From Podarcis gaigeae (Eukaryota), in the NCBI GenBank assembly GCA_964106915.2, contig OZ066916.1: a DNA stretch of 64,000 nt; one strand, 5' to 3'. The translations under genes were made by a program, and so were the position numbers. This document shows positions 1-15,200 of the stretch, one piece after another. The notes below the pieces were generated by a model. It worked only from the letters and a program-made list of their open reading frames with translations. It was not told the origin of the DNA and did no database searches. The stretch's first letter is position 1. Every line of letters starts with the position of its first letter.

Positions 1-137
1 AGGTTGGTACTTGATGGCTGATCAGGTGATCAATCTTTTAGCTCATGAACAGACATAACAGACAAGAAAAAGGCAAAAAAAGTTCCACAAAATTTCTGTA
101 CTAGTTTAAAGAGTGCCTTCAGAGATTGTGCACATAC

Positions 138-226
138 TTGCAATGAATCTGTTTTGAGCTTCTCTTTGTGCTCTTCAGAGGAACGCAGCACTTCTCGATA
201 CATATCTGCTGCCAATGCATATTCAC
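138..226 (-). CDS. SHPRH: SHPRH coding exon 14 ([14 protein letters not shown]...TDSLQ)
   Basis: cag| acceptor; CAA|GTATGT donor; 89 nt. Confidence 0.93.
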
Positions 227-3200
227 CTGAAAAATTAGCATATTTCAGACTGGAGTATTGGGATTTCTGTCTTTCAAATGTCTAATTACCTACAACTGTA
301 CACGCAGTGCCATCAGGATTTCTTAGTAAGCACTTTAATTAGAGACATCTATGCTGAATAAACAAATTATAACTGAAAAGGAGTTGGAAAATAAATTTCC
401 AACTGTGAAAACAAAGCTAAAACACAGAATTCTACTACTACCACCGTGATTTTTCATTCCAGGAAAGTAGAAGCAATGAGAACCCTCTACCCACCCTGGA
501 AATGGAAGATACAGACACTTTCTATGTCTGTTCCCAAACAGAAATAATTCCCTATTTCCAACACTTAGAAACATCACTGTAAAGTATTATATTAAATTGT
601 TTGGCTATTTACATATGGAAGCTTGACAGAGACAGAACGGCAAACATATTGTAGCATTAAGATCAAAACAGTAAAATTGTGTATGCAGCCACTGATAAAG
701 TTAGCATATTTTTAAAATGTTGTAAAAAATATTTTTTGAGATAAGAAATATAAAATAAAACTGTATATAGTCACTATTCACTGTTAGATTCAAGTACTTC
801 TTATGCTGATCCAGAGTTGTGTGCTGGGTCACCAGACTTTTGAGTGGGCCTGTAAAACTGCCCTCCTCTTTGCTGACTGCTTTAAAAAGGCATGCAAGTA
901 TTTCCTCAAGTGCTATCTTAATTTCTGATTAAATTTCTCTTCCTGCATCTTGGTGTACCAAGTCTACCTTGAAGTAATATTTCAGCGACTTACACCTCCT
1001 AACCTTCCACAGACTTACAATTCTGCAGCTTTGCTTGCAGCTATAGTACAAATGTCATTTCTTGAGTATCCTGAACATACACATTTTCCTTTAGGATTTA
1101 CCAGTAACTCTACTAAAAAAATGCCTAAACACCTGGGCTGGTACTTAACTATTTAAGAAACAACAAACAGATTCCACAGCTAGCCCAATTTAGTTTGGTG
1201 CTCAGAGCCAAGGGATATTCATAGTTAGTAAGTGGCTAGATTACAGAGGCTTATATTTTGATTAGAGGAAACTGAGGCAAAACAAATCAGCCCTTTGGAT
1301 TTAGTCTGAATTAACCAAATAGTAAAGATCTCTCTCTCTCTCTCTCTCTCTCAATAAAAATAAAATATATGAGTGCTACTGCACTCATAAGAACTACACC
1401 AAACTATTATGAGCCAATTTTACCTTTAATAATATGAATACCAGCTAATCCATTCAAAGCACACACCAGTTGCCTATGGACTTCCTCACATTCTGTTCGA
1501 CATTTTTTCTGCAGTGATGTTAGAAGCTCCTCCATTGTCATTGTGCTGGAACAGAGACCCAAAGCAGGCATTCAATATGCATCAGAGGTTATAAGCCCAC
1601 CTTTTCAAGAATGTACTTTTTATAACAATAATAAACCGAAAGGGCTAGCAACTGGTATAATTCAAAAATGATGCTGTTCTACTGCTATTATTTAATATTT
1701 TTACTAAATATATTCCATTTAATATACAGAACAAAATAAGGATACAATCCTTGCCTAGATGCCTTGTAATCCACACTATATGCAAAAGTGTGGTGAGAGA
1801 CTATAATGACTGACTTGACATGACCAAGCAACATGACCTTAGTGACACAACAAATAGTGGAATGGCACTGCTAGCCTACAGGAGAGGGGGACAAGTAACT
1901 GCAGTTGGGATTGTTACCCTGAAGAAGGGTCTCCTCCTTTTCCCCCAGTCCATGCTGCTCAAGGTCTCATGATGCCATTGGCGAAGCCAAATAATCTTCA
2001 TTATTTGACACACAGCCCCAAACTCTCCACTGGACCTGCTATGCCGGCCCATGGAGAAGGGAGAAACACTTAAAAAACATTCCAGTCTGGGCTTGTTGAT
2101 GGTGACAACGTTCAACTCAGCTCCTTGCTTTTTTTAAAAAAATTAAATGGTGTGGACAGTACACTGCTATCTCATAATCTGATGAAAAGTGGAATGAGAA
2201 GGAACAGAAACCTGCAGAAGGCTTCCAGGTAGAAGCACCCTAACAGAGAAGCAGACTGTTCTAAGAATATAAGAGGAGCCCATCTGGACCAGAGCAAAGG
2301 CTATCTAGTCTCGCATTCTGTTCTCACCGAGCCAGCCAGATTATCTATGAAGTCCACAAGCAGGATATGAGAGCAACAGTACTCTCATGTTCACATTCCC
2401 CAGGCACAATACAGGGCCAGAGTGGGAGAAACAGAGAAAGTAGTCATTGTTCACTGTCAGGTTCAAATTGTAAAAATAAAAATAAAAATGCTGATTTCTA
2501 AAAGATATGCTGTGAGGAAAAGGATATATATTGAACAACAAGCAAAGAAACCTGATGTCATTCTATATCTAAACCAAGAGACTGGTCCAGGCTATTATGT
2601 GGATAAAAGACAACCTGGGGACCCCAGCTTCACAGAGGGCAGGATAGAAAAGCAACAGTGAACTAGCTTGCTAACCTGATAGAGACGATGGGTTCATTGT
2701 TTCTATTATTCAGAAGCTCTAGCACTGTGACATGGACACAGAATAGGATAGCCACATGTAATTTCAACCATTTGTTGTAAAAATGGACTATTGCTCTCAG
2801 ACAAAAAGAGCTTAGAAACAGATCCTTTTTCTGCAGTCCTTTTTATGGGAACTACTTGTTTTGTTACTGTACTCCTCCTTTACTGAAGTGGCTATGTTGC
2901 TGCTACGCATGAACATTCCACTGAATATAGGTTGCTGGGACAGATAAAACCCTTCAGTTAAAATTAAAGCTGCTTTATTTCACCGACACATTTCCTGAAC
3001 TTGCTGGATCAACTTAAACACCAAAGAGTTAGTGGCAATATTCTGCTCCCAATACAAGCTAGTATTATATTTCTAGGCTGTGGTAGTATGAATATGAATA
3101 GTCAACATCAGTTGCCATACTGTTATGCTATTTCTTCTCACAGCAGAGTATAGAAACATATAATCTGTAGAGTTGAAAAGGATTAATCAATCAGTACTAT

Positions 3201-6200
3201 TACTTGTTGGTTGCAGATCAAAATGTGAATTTCAATTGGTGGTGTGTGCAGTAAAAGATTCTTCAGCACTGTTCGATTTATGGTAAACAAACAGTCTTGA
3301 GTCAAGAGCAAAGACCAAACAGGTCAATGGATCCCAACTACAGTTAGGCTAAACCTATCTGCATGGTTTAGATCTATTTATTTCTTTGCTCAGTTAGTTG
3401 TCTCAGAATACTATAAGTTAAAGATAATTAAAATTAAAAGATTTGATATCTTTTCATTCATAGCCTTGGATCAAAAGCTGCTCTTTTGCAAGCAAAGGGC
3501 ACCTCTTCTTCCTTCCTCACTTTCCACTAATTTTCCCTTCCTACTACAACCTCACTTGCACTTTGTTGATCCAAGTCACAATGATTAAAAACATGGAGTG
3601 GGATCTTAGTTTTGCATGTTATCTGACATTTGAACCTCAACAACTATCTTTAATGTTCCATCAGGTGAGGTAACAAGACCACAGCAGGTTGCACAGATGT
3701 ATGTATGTCTTGCTTTGTATGCAGAATATACAGGGTATTTTCAAACGCTGTCTTGTAAGTATAAATTCAACTTCACAAGTACTCTGCTATTTCTAGAGTC
3801 ACTGCCTGGAATATGAAGTCCAAATGAATAACAAATAGCTTTCTCTTTCATATACCAAACTGGTGAATTTCACTCACCAACTGACTTTAGAGTAACTACA
3901 GAAAAAGCCCAACCTTTACATTTCAAAATTGTAAATCTACCCAGAAGTAAGCCCCGCTGACCCAGGTACATCAGTATGAGAGGTCGAGTCACTTTAAGAA
4001 TAAATGTAATTAACCTTTTCTGCAGTGGGAGGAATTCTCCACGTACAGCTTGCGGGTGACAGCAGGCCTGCCTCAAGCGCAACAAAGGGTACAGAATGGA
4101 AGCAACAGTCCTCCGATCCAAGCTGCTAAGCTTGAGGGACCAATCAGAAATCTTCCTGAGTTTTGCCAGAGCATCCTGGCAGCAGACCTCATGTTGGCGA
4201 TGATAAAAGTGTCTCTCCACAGGAGAAAAATAGAGCCAGTGTGTATCTTCTGTCTGAGCAGGGATCTGAATCTAATAATAAAATGAAACGACAAATGAGT
4301 AACTCAAGTATTGGGTGAAAAATGTCGTCTATGAACATATTCTTAGAACTTGTGTGTTTACTTGGTCAATCACGTCCTTCTTTGCTGACCTCCACATTAT
4401 CTTGGCTATGAAGTTGTAAAGAGGCTGTGTGTTTTTCCTGCAGTATGGTCGATACAGAAGCTGATCCCACCAATATTTGACCCAGTAAGGATCAGCTCCA
4501 AGGAACAGTACTAATCCATATAAATCTATGACAAAGGAACAGCACATTTTACTGCATGCAAGAAATACTTTTTTTAAAAAAAAAAAGCTTATACACAATT
4601 CAACTTAGCTAAGCCTGACAAGTTAAATTGCTTCACGCTTTCTTTCTTTGGGGAGGAGAGATGGAACTTGGGTGCTGCATATACAACCAAATCTTTGTGA
4701 AAGCGTAAAATAAGCAGCACATCCCCTTATAAGTATCACACAGAGTCCATCAGCAATTTCAAAGCACTGACATTTTTCAAAATCTGGGCTTCAATCACAA
4801 ATGTACGGTAAATTTTATATGGAAGTTCATGGAAGGATAGTTTCCAGTTTCGTCCTAATTCTTAGGAGGCTTTCCTGAACAAGGATTACTACATGGTGGC
4901 AATGATAGAGGGTAGAAAATTTTCCAGTGCTTAAAAAAATATTTTTGTTGTTGCCATTTCTTAAGTTTACTTCTAAAAACGAATAGATGCCAATTGTAAA
5001 TGCAATTATTAGGTGCTCATAATCCAGTGTTGGCCAAACTTGGGTCTCCAGCTGTTTTTGGACTACAACTCCCATCATCCCTAGCTAACAGGACCAGTGG
5101 TCAGGGATAATGGGAACTGTAGTCCCCAAACAGCTGGAGACCCAAGTTTGGCCAACACGGTCATAATCTATAATACTGTAGATCAAAAAGTTGGAGTTCA
5201 TCCTGTTTTAGAGAAGGTCCCACTTCCCTTGATTAATGAAGTTCACACTTTGGGAGTAATCCTGGAAACTGGATACACAGGGAACAGGTTGTTGCTGGAA
5301 CTATATTTCCATAGCTTTGGCTAGTATGTCAACTACATCCTTTACTTGAGATACGGATTTGGCCAAGGCAACACATGCCCTAGTTAGTAGAACCTGGTGC
5401 CATGCAATGAAGCTGAATGTCAGAAGATTCATGAGAAACAAAAGGTAGCATTTCTTCATACCGCACCCAACTTAACTCTGGAATTTACTACCACAAGATG
5501 GAGTCTTAAAAACAGGGTTATACCCATGAAATATAAGGTTATAAATGACTACCTGCCATGTACCTCTAGTACTGGAGGCAACATGCCTCTGAATAACAGT
5601 TTCTAGGGAACACAAGTGGAGAAACTGCTGATGTGCTCATGTCCTGTTTGTGGGCATCCCATAGGCATCTGGTTGGCTACTGTGAAAATAGGATGCTGGG
5701 CTCTACGTACATTTGGACTACTGCAGTTGGTCCAAAATGCTGCAGCCAGACTGCTAACTGGAGTAGCTGATAAAGAGTGTGTGACTCTGATCACAACAAA
5801 TGAATTGATTTCAAAATAGTTTCCAAGCACAAATCAAAGTAGGGCTGCTTTTGACCATTAAAGTCCTAAATGTCTTGTCATCAGTGCACCTGAAGGACTG
5901 CCTGCTCCAATACAAACTTGCCTGGGCATTAAGATCTGCAAATGAGGTCACTGTCCGTATCTCACCAATGTCATAGGTACATTTGGTGGGAACATAAGAG
6001 AAGACCTACTTGTAGGTACAATTAGTACTGTTTTTGTTTTTTTGTGCTGCTTTTTTCTTTGGTATGTGATTTTTAAGGTGTATTTTAAATATGCTTTAGT
6101 TTGCACTTGATGGATTCTCTTTTATTATTAGCTGTCTTAACAATATGCTGTTGGATAGCCAGGACACAAATATTCTGGATTTTAAAAAAAGAATTGCTTT

Positions 6201-9200
6201 CTAGAAGGGAGTTTGGACCAAAATACCCTTGCCATTACTGCATGCTTGTTGATACAGAAAGAAGATTAGCTAAACTATTCACCTTCCAATCCTCGTTGCA
6301 CTGGTGTGCCACTGACACACCAGCGATTGATTCCACTCAAACGGAGAGCCATTTCTGCAGCCTAATAAAATATTATAGAAAATATAATTAAAGCCCATGA
6401 CTACTAGGAACAACCTCATGCTTAGCCCAAAAATAATAAGCAATACTAAGGGTCCACCTGCCACCACGCTTTCTAAATGTACTTCCTACATGACTTGAAG
6501 GGCAAGGATGAATACCAGAATGGTAAGTGAAGACTAACTGCTTTAGGAAATTGACGAGATGGTAGTTTCCCACCTTTCTATTTCATCCCCCTATAGAGAC
6601 CAACCAGTAGAAAGAGTCCTAGTGAAAAATGCTCAGCTGGAATATCCCAACAATCTGCACAGTCCACACTACTATAGCTCAGTTTTGTGAACAGGGAAGG
6701 GGTGAAATAGGCTGAACATTTGAGCAATGTAAACAGAAGTATTGAGACAGCATTCCATTTCTATTTTCCTACTCAGGTGAGTTCCTGGCCTGCCATCATT
6801 ACTGCATCTTGCCATCAGAACAAAGCCCCTTATATTCACAGACACGGTGTGAATACTTTTCCATAGCTTCTCGTTTCTTCAAACCGTAACACTTTTACAC
6901 AAATATGCAATGTCATCCACCAAGAAATTCCTTTACTGGAGGTGAGCAGGTACTCACAGCAGTACCGCTTTGCAAATAGCTGAAATGGTCCTGCTTAATA
7001 TTTCTTAATGTCAATAAAGACCGTTTTACAGCTTCTAGACCCAAGGGCAGACCCTCTGCCTGTTTAGATAGGCACTGAAACAGACTAACATCTTGCTTTC
7101 AACTATCAAGCAGTGTAATATACATGATGACCTAGTTCTTTAAACTGTCAGAATACATTGTGTTAAGAGATTAAATAATAAAAAAGTACTAAGCTTCATA
7201 GCAAGTCAAACCTCTGGCAGATAAAACATTTAGTAACACCTCCAAGGGAAACTATATTAGTCACTTCAGAAGAATAAATGTCAAGGTCAAATTTATATGC
7301 CCGCGTGTTAAAAGGGTATACAAGTAGGCTTTTTCATTTGCTTTTATGTTGTACATGTTCAAGAGGGTCATACCCAAGCAATGTTCATTCTCACCTTTGC
7401 AGTGGTGCATTCAACCATCTGTGCTTCATCCAGGCAAATTCTCCACCACTCCACAGCTACCAAGGGACTTGGGATAGCCATATAACGCTTCTGGTTCCTG
7501 AAACGGCGTCCATCTTCACTATTACTATGAGGAATGTCCACATAGTTCAGTTCACTACGAAGGACATCATATGTGGTGATCACTACTTCCTGCTCTGCCA
7601 AGATGTGAGGCTGCAAGAAACCATGCTTCTTCACTCCTTGATAAACCTGCATAAATTTGGGCACAATGTACATGAGAGAAAGCATTGACAATTAAATTGA
7701 GGGAGGGGGAGAGACACACAACACTGAGAAGCTGAAAATTTCCTGCCTTGCAAGAGGATTTTAACACTATGATGACAGCTTTATTCACAGTTAAGCATGC
7801 TGTAGTTAAAAAAATGTAGGTTCTCTATAACTTGGCTCTCAAGTTTCATGACAGAAATGACTGCTAAATCAAGAACTGACTACTTTAGAAACAAAGATTT
7901 ACAAGAAATAATCTGTTTCAGAAGGTAAGAGGAAGTTCTGTGACAAAAGGAGCATTTGCATGAACAATTTTGTTGGATACAGCCCTTGATTTACATTGCC
8001 ATTTTTTTCCTTGTTGATTTTAAATCACTGATTTAAATTGTCTTAATATAAATCAATCTATCCTGCAAAAAAATATCTTAAGGATTACTACCAATATAAA
8101 AATGTACTGAAATGCTGGACATTTATTTTAACAACTACCCAGGAGTGATTTTTTTTTCATTCTACTCACTTAATAACTGCATTTGCTACACTCTACCTCA
8201 ACATAGTATACTTCCCCTATTGGTTGCTGTGAAACAACACCTTTTCTTACCAACACTCGAAGAGAAGATGATCTCACGTGCCTGTTAATCTCATCAACCC
8301 ACTGGTGGCAGATAGAACTTGGAGAGATTATCAGAGTAGCTCCTGTTGGAACTGGTTTCATTGCTACAAGGCAATGGGGACAGTAAAAGGGCTTGATCTT
8401 TAGATTTTCTTCTTTGTAGTTCACACACTCAGCATGCTGCCACAGGTGGCAGTTCAGGCACTGCACACGGGCCTTATAGTCAACCAAGCCAAGCTCACCA
8501 CATATGCATTCAAAGCGATAATCAGAGGTATTGAATGGAAAAATAGAACCAGGATGTGGTACAAAAATGCTAGTGTGTTCTTGAGAGGCTGGAGGCTGCC
8601 CTTCTGAGTTGTCTTGCTGCTCTTCCGCTTCATCATCTTTTTTAGAAATGTCAGTAGAATACGTTTTGTTTTTTGAAATAGGCCTATTTTCTTGCAAGTC
8701 AGAAGTTCTATGCAGAGAATCTTCTTGCATTATCCAGCCCTTAGGATCCATTTCTGATTTTGTATTATCTTTGCTTCTTGTACAGTAATCATGCTCTTCT
8801 GCTGTGATGTCTACTGCCTGAGATAGTTTAAGACCATTTGGATAGCACGTGCCCTCATCTCCCAATTCTTTGGTTTCATTCTTATTTTCTGGTAAGTTTT
8901 TCTTCTGAACCCTAGCTGAAGTTTTTATTTTCTAAAACAAACAAACAAATAAAATAAAATAAACTTATTTTGCTTCATAAAAACACTCTGGATTAAATCA
9001 AACACTTGATTAGGAGGCACAAGGGAAGGGGAGCTGGAAAAGTCCCAATGTGCATGCTACATTCTGTGCATGTTTGGAACAAAATACACTTTCAGGATAC
9101 TGAGTAGACTTTTACAAGACTTTTTAAAGGGAGTTCCAAACAAAGGAACACACACACACACACACTTACTAGGGGTTGCCACCCCTGCTCTGTTCACCAA

Positions 9201-12200
9201 CCCCTTTGCCCTTCCCACACACCTAACCAACCCCACCGCCCTTTTATATCTCAACCCTTACCTGCCCAACTACTGTGTGAAGGGCTTTCCCCATTAAACT
9301 CTGCTACAGCAACCCACCCCTTCCAATAAACAGCTCACTGATAGGTTGCCGATCAGTGGCCATGCAAATTGCAGAGTGTTGACACCTTACATTTTAATGC
9401 ATATAGGAATATATATATAAATATGTGTGCGTTATACATTTTCAGTTCTTTTTGTCCTCTAATTCAGCACTGCAGTTTAACACTGAGAAACTACACCCCA
9501 AACTACAATGCAACACATCTGTAATTCATTAAACAGTGTAATAGCATTACACCCAAGAGATCTACTGCACATTATAAGTACATTCATCCTCATTATCAGC
9601 CATTGGGGTTCATACCCAGTTCTCCCTGGCCTAAATTACATGCAATTATTTCAACCCATTAAAATGTTCAGGGATTGATATGAAGATATCTCACAACAAC
9701 TTTTGAGACTACTGTCATTAAAGCAGATGGCGGAAAATATCCAATGGCAAATCCAGATAAGATTTCCTACACAACGATTACCCCCTGAATTCTATCAACT
9801 CTTGTTCAAACTGACTTAGCTGATCTGTTCTCATTTGCTCCCTTTCCCAAAACTACTATAATGGACTTATCAAAAGAGAAAATCAAAACACTTAAACAGA
9901 AATTATTCCCTCCATGGATTAAAAAAAACCTCCCAGGTTACCTCTTTTTTGAATTTATTACAAAATTTCTGTTCCTTGTAGTTTCTGCCCAGCTTGAAAG
10001 AACCAGCAAGACCATGACCTTTGACCTGTTCCACTACCTTCTCTGCAATTAATTTTTCCAGAGTCCTTTTAAGAATGCGACGGTTTCTGTGTGTGTCGTA
10101 CTTGTATATGGCATGGACATACTTAAAAATTGCCACAATAGATGCTCCCTTCTTCACATTCATTTCTTTTATAGCTGTTAAGAGCATCACTCGCAAACCT
10201 ATTGTGAAGGCATAAATATCTACGATAAGGAGTTGTGCAAAAAGAGGTCACAAAATAATGTTAAGAGTTTAACAGTATTTATGTATTTATTTAGGAATCA
10301 CTTTCTATAAAAATATCTCAAAGTGATGGACAATTTCAAATCCAATACAATACTAATGCAGCACTGACTATTCTTTTTTATTGATGTAACATTAATTTTC
10401 ACCTATAATCAATTCTGCAAAACTAGTTATTAGGAAAAGTTAACAAAATCAAAGGAACCTATTGCAGTATTTAAAATATTTTTTGGGGGGAAATCAATTT
10501 AGGACCTGATGTGAAAAGCATCATTATCATATACTAAAAACTCAATAAATAAAGATAAATCTGGGGGGCTTGGTAGTAAATGCTTTATTCATTACATATA
10601 TGCTACAAATGATTTTCATGTTAAAAGATTTTTTTTTTTTTTAAAGACCACAACCCATTTTTCCTTCGATCTCATGCAAGCCTCAACAACTACTCAACAG
10701 TGTTCCCTAATGTATGCTTGAGACATCTGAATGAGTCCCCCTACTGATATGGGAACCATGTCTGCATCTGTGTATCAAAGTAAAAGGTAACACGTGCAAT
10801 GCTAATACATGGACTTTGGCTCTTCTGTAATATACAGAAATCTGAAATATGTCCTGCAGTACTGATCTGTCAGTTATTTTATATTATATTATCAATCTCT
10901 GCAATCATTTTTATGCAGCAATAAATGTAGCTGCAACATATTTGCACCAAATTGGTACAAAGAATAGTAGGAAACAAAGGCAGAATGTATATACACATAG
11001 TGTATAATGGCAAATAAATATTGGCCTGGCTGTGCTGTAAGGCTTTTAAATATTTTGTTTTCAACAAAGTTCTACCACTCTTTGCCCACAAATTCAAAGT
11101 AGTCTAGTTAGATGTTTCTGCAGGAAGGAGCCTTTAGACCCAGTACCAACTCTACTGTGAATGGTACATATTTCTTATTATTGCTTCTGGCAAATTAAAC
11201 CTACTGAAGAACACTTACTAGGATAGTGCACTTTTTCCTTCAATTTAAGTTCCATTTTCTTTATGCTTTTCTTTTTGCTTCCTTCACTAGGTTGAGGCGG
11301 AACAAAGAAGTTTACCAAAAAACCCTAAGAGATAATTTTAACAATATCAGATTTATGTTCAGCTACCATGCTGACCTGCTTCACAAAATTAACATTTGCA
11401 TCACTGAGTCTGACGAACAATTAATGTATCTTAAACAAACATGCCAAGAATATTTGAATATTAACTACTGACTCTCCGGTTTTGAAAACACATAGAAAAA
11501 CTAAGGCTGGGGATGTAATGCTTGCTGTGACAATGCAATGGCAAACAGTAACAATTCACTAAAAATATGGTTAAGATTGGTGATATCATCAGATATCCCA
11601 GCTGAAGTGAAAAACTAATATTTAAAGGTATTTAAAACTTTGGTGGTGTGCAGGAGGAGAGAAGAGGGAAAATTCCACCAGATAAGCAGAAGTCTTTGTA
11701 CAAAAGGAACGACATCATGGGACAAAATGAGAGTTTGATAATGACCAACATAAAATAGTAAAAGAAAAAGTTAATAATAAATTGACTGGGCACAGAGAAA
11801 ATATTAATTTGCTATTACCAGATTGGCCCTAGTATATAGAATATGAGCTACAGCAATGCACAGGTATGAGGCAAGGTCTTCAAAACATAGAAAAAAACAC
11901 ATAAGGTTGTACATTGACCTGGAATTTGTTGTTCTAGTAATTTACAAATAAAGATCATCTCTCAATAAGCTTAGCCTAGTGAATGCTGTATATTTTGCTT
12001 GGCCCTGGGAGAAGTGCATAAATTTTGTCAACAAAAACAATTTCCCTGACTTTCATGAACCCTCTTCTGTGAAACTTGGTGCTTCTAAAATTGTCTAATA
12101 CTAAATTTATTATGATCAACCAGATTATGTAGGTTGTATATCAATTTGTTCAATTCAGGAGCTTCAATTCTGGACCAATTTGTCATTTGGTGCTAGATGG

Positions 12201-15200
12201 TAACCTGTAATCTATTGTATAATAGTAAGAACTTCAGTTGAAAAAAATCAGGCATGTCGAAAGAGAAGCATACAACATAAATCCGAGACTGAGTGGTAAA
12301 TTCTTGCTCAATTTATGCAAAGATTTTAAAGTTGTATTTATTAATGCTGAAGATACACTGTTAAGCAACCAGTCCCATGTTTGTTTTTGTATAGATATGC
12401 TTAAACTCCCCCCCCCCCCCATTTTTAATAAAATGGGATTTGATTATGGATGGACATGAAACTAAAGACTTGCGGAAATGAAAAAAATGAATAATTTATT
12501 ACGAACATAAACATAAAAGAGCAGTTCTAATAAACCCCTAGTTCAATGTTCTGCTACCAAGAATGGTCTCTTCTCCCTTCACCACCTACCCCGACAAGGA
12601 CCAAATCACTTCTCGAGTATTGGAACCATTTGCTTCATTCCCACACCTACTACAAATTTCTCACCTCAGGTAACATCAGAGCATCCTGTTTAACATCCTT
12701 TCGAGTGTGTGTCAGGATAAGGGACAATACTTCTACTGTTTTTCCAAGGCCCATCTCATCTGCCAATATTCCTCCAGGCCACTGAGGCCCAGCAACTGGG
12801 CGTTCACGAATAATGCTGAAGACCAAAGATTCATCCTAGTTAAGAACATGTTATGTGTATGTATAATTTCTGATCACAAATTTAACAGAAGTAAATGACT
12901 ACATTGGCATTTTCTGAAGTAGGTAACATTCTAGAAGTACGTGCATTTGGAGAAGGATCGTGGACAACCCAATCTCTAATATTTAAGATATACACATAAC
13001 AAAATCCATCATAAGAGTTGCTTTAATCCTACACATTTTTTTAAGAACAGAAAGGAAACGATATATATTTCATTATCAATCAAGCACAGAATTAAATAAA
13101 AATGCTCATTTGCAAAACGAAGCAGGATCCAATATGCTTTCAAATTGGATGGGGAATCATGTGTTGAGATTTCTGTGTTGCAGGGGGTTGGTCTACATGA
13201 CCCTCAGGGTCCCTTTCAAGTTACAATTCTATGGGTTATGAAATCACACTAACAGTTTTAATTCCTTTCCCTATCTTTGTCATATTTTCCTTTCTCATCT
13301 TCAGAAGTATTCAAAAGATATTTATATAATTTCTTATTGTTTAAATCTAGGAAATAGTCACATTAAGGCATTTTCATAAAACAAGAGCTGGAGTGATATT
13401 TATAGCATTAAACACAATTACTTAAATTGTATGCACTTTGGCTGTAATAATAAGACCAATAATCCTTACCAGCCAGTAAAAGGATTATAGTACAGTTTTA
13501 GTCCATCTAAAGTAATAAACTCTCTCCATAAGAAGTGGAGTGCATTTTCTACTGAGAGAAAGAAGAAAACAATGAGATTCATACAAATGCTACTCATATG
13601 ATTTAAATTTATTTTGACTGCTTCTTCGCTTATCTTCAAAGTTGAAAGTACAGAAACTGAAGCTCCGAGGAATCTTATTTGATCATTCCACAATCCCTCG
13701 AGCCCTATGTTCGGTTACAGACCAATGCCCCTTCAGCTTCTATAAGATTAAATGAACCCAGTACAAATAAGTTACAAGACCCTTAAATGACCAGATTGCA
13801 AATCTGGATAACACCACCTCTTAGTACTTTATAGTGTTTTATGTACACAAATCCTTAATGTAATCCCATAAAGTAAACCAGCATTATTAAGCCCAGTTTT
13901 ACAGATCAAGAAGCTTGAAAGACAACTTGTCCAAGTACATGCCTAAGACCAACTAGTGGGTTTATGATCATGATTAGATATGAACCAGAGACTTTCTGAC
14001 CCACAGCTTACTCTCTTAGCTAGTGTGCTATGGTAGGTCTATTTTATTCCTTCTCAAGATAATCGTGTAAATTAAATAGGAACTATGAATCAAAGGTAAT
14101 CTACAGAAACTAATTCTCAGAGCTCATAAGGTTTCCAGCGTTTAAGCCATCCCCAGATCCCAGTTGCCCTAAATGGAAATTTACATGGAGTACCTACTAT
14201 ATTCCAGAAAGAATAATCTAAGATTCAGGTTACATACATTTCCTGCCTACAGCATCAAGGAAATAAGCAATAACTAGGAAGGAAATTTCCAAAAATATAA
14301 ATATGGAAGAGGGGGAATGAAATTTCCCTAAAGAGGGTTCTATTCATAATTAGCCACTTCTGAACCAAGTGATGCATATTAATGCCACACCTGCTATGTT
14401 AGAAACACAAACAACCCTTATGTTGTATATAAACTAAGTGCTGATATATGCAATATGAACATGTCTCAGATCAGCAATTCAGGATGCACAATGGGTTGTA
14501 TTCATTGGCAACTTTGCCTTAGCAGAAAGCAGTTCTATTCACACAAGCAGGGCATCAAATTTTTGCTAGAGGTGGGGGAATTATGTGCGACTTTCTTATA
14601 AGTAATATATCATCATGAATTTCTATCAGTATCAACGTAATCAAGATATATATTTATGTTGCCTTTTTCTAGATACTTGCCATTGGTTGGTACATTTTTG
14701 AAGTTCTCACGTTGCAGCATCCAGTTTACAGCCTCAGTTTGGTATGGCCTCAATACAGGAATCAGTGCAGTGTGCTGTACGTTCTCCTTCAAAAACTGAA
14801 TTTCTTTTTGGTGTGTATGCCTCACATAGTCATAAAGCTCTTCAATATTTTGCCGCTCTATATCTCTATCGGATTCCTCCTCATCTTCCTCCAGAATATC
14901 TAAAAGAACCGTATGGCACTGATTCACAGTCAGTAATGTTTGCAATACCTTAAACGTACTGCAATGAAGTAACAAAACAAATGGGTAAAAATTGTATCCC
15001 TGTACTAAGAAATATTAATCCAGTACCATGTTGTTGCCAATCTTAGGTACAATACCAAATAGTTCTTGGAGGGGAAGAAGAGAACTTGGGTCTCTTTTAA
15101 GATCAAAAACATGACCAATAAATAATACTAGGAACTGGCTAGAATACAATTTTTAAAGTACTGAGTTTGTTTTAAGAAATTATGATTTATTTCCATTATT

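Noticed and set aside
14675-14677. Canonical GT donor for SHPRH coding exon 3
   Set aside because: It adds 4 nt and breaks the frame into the next exon.
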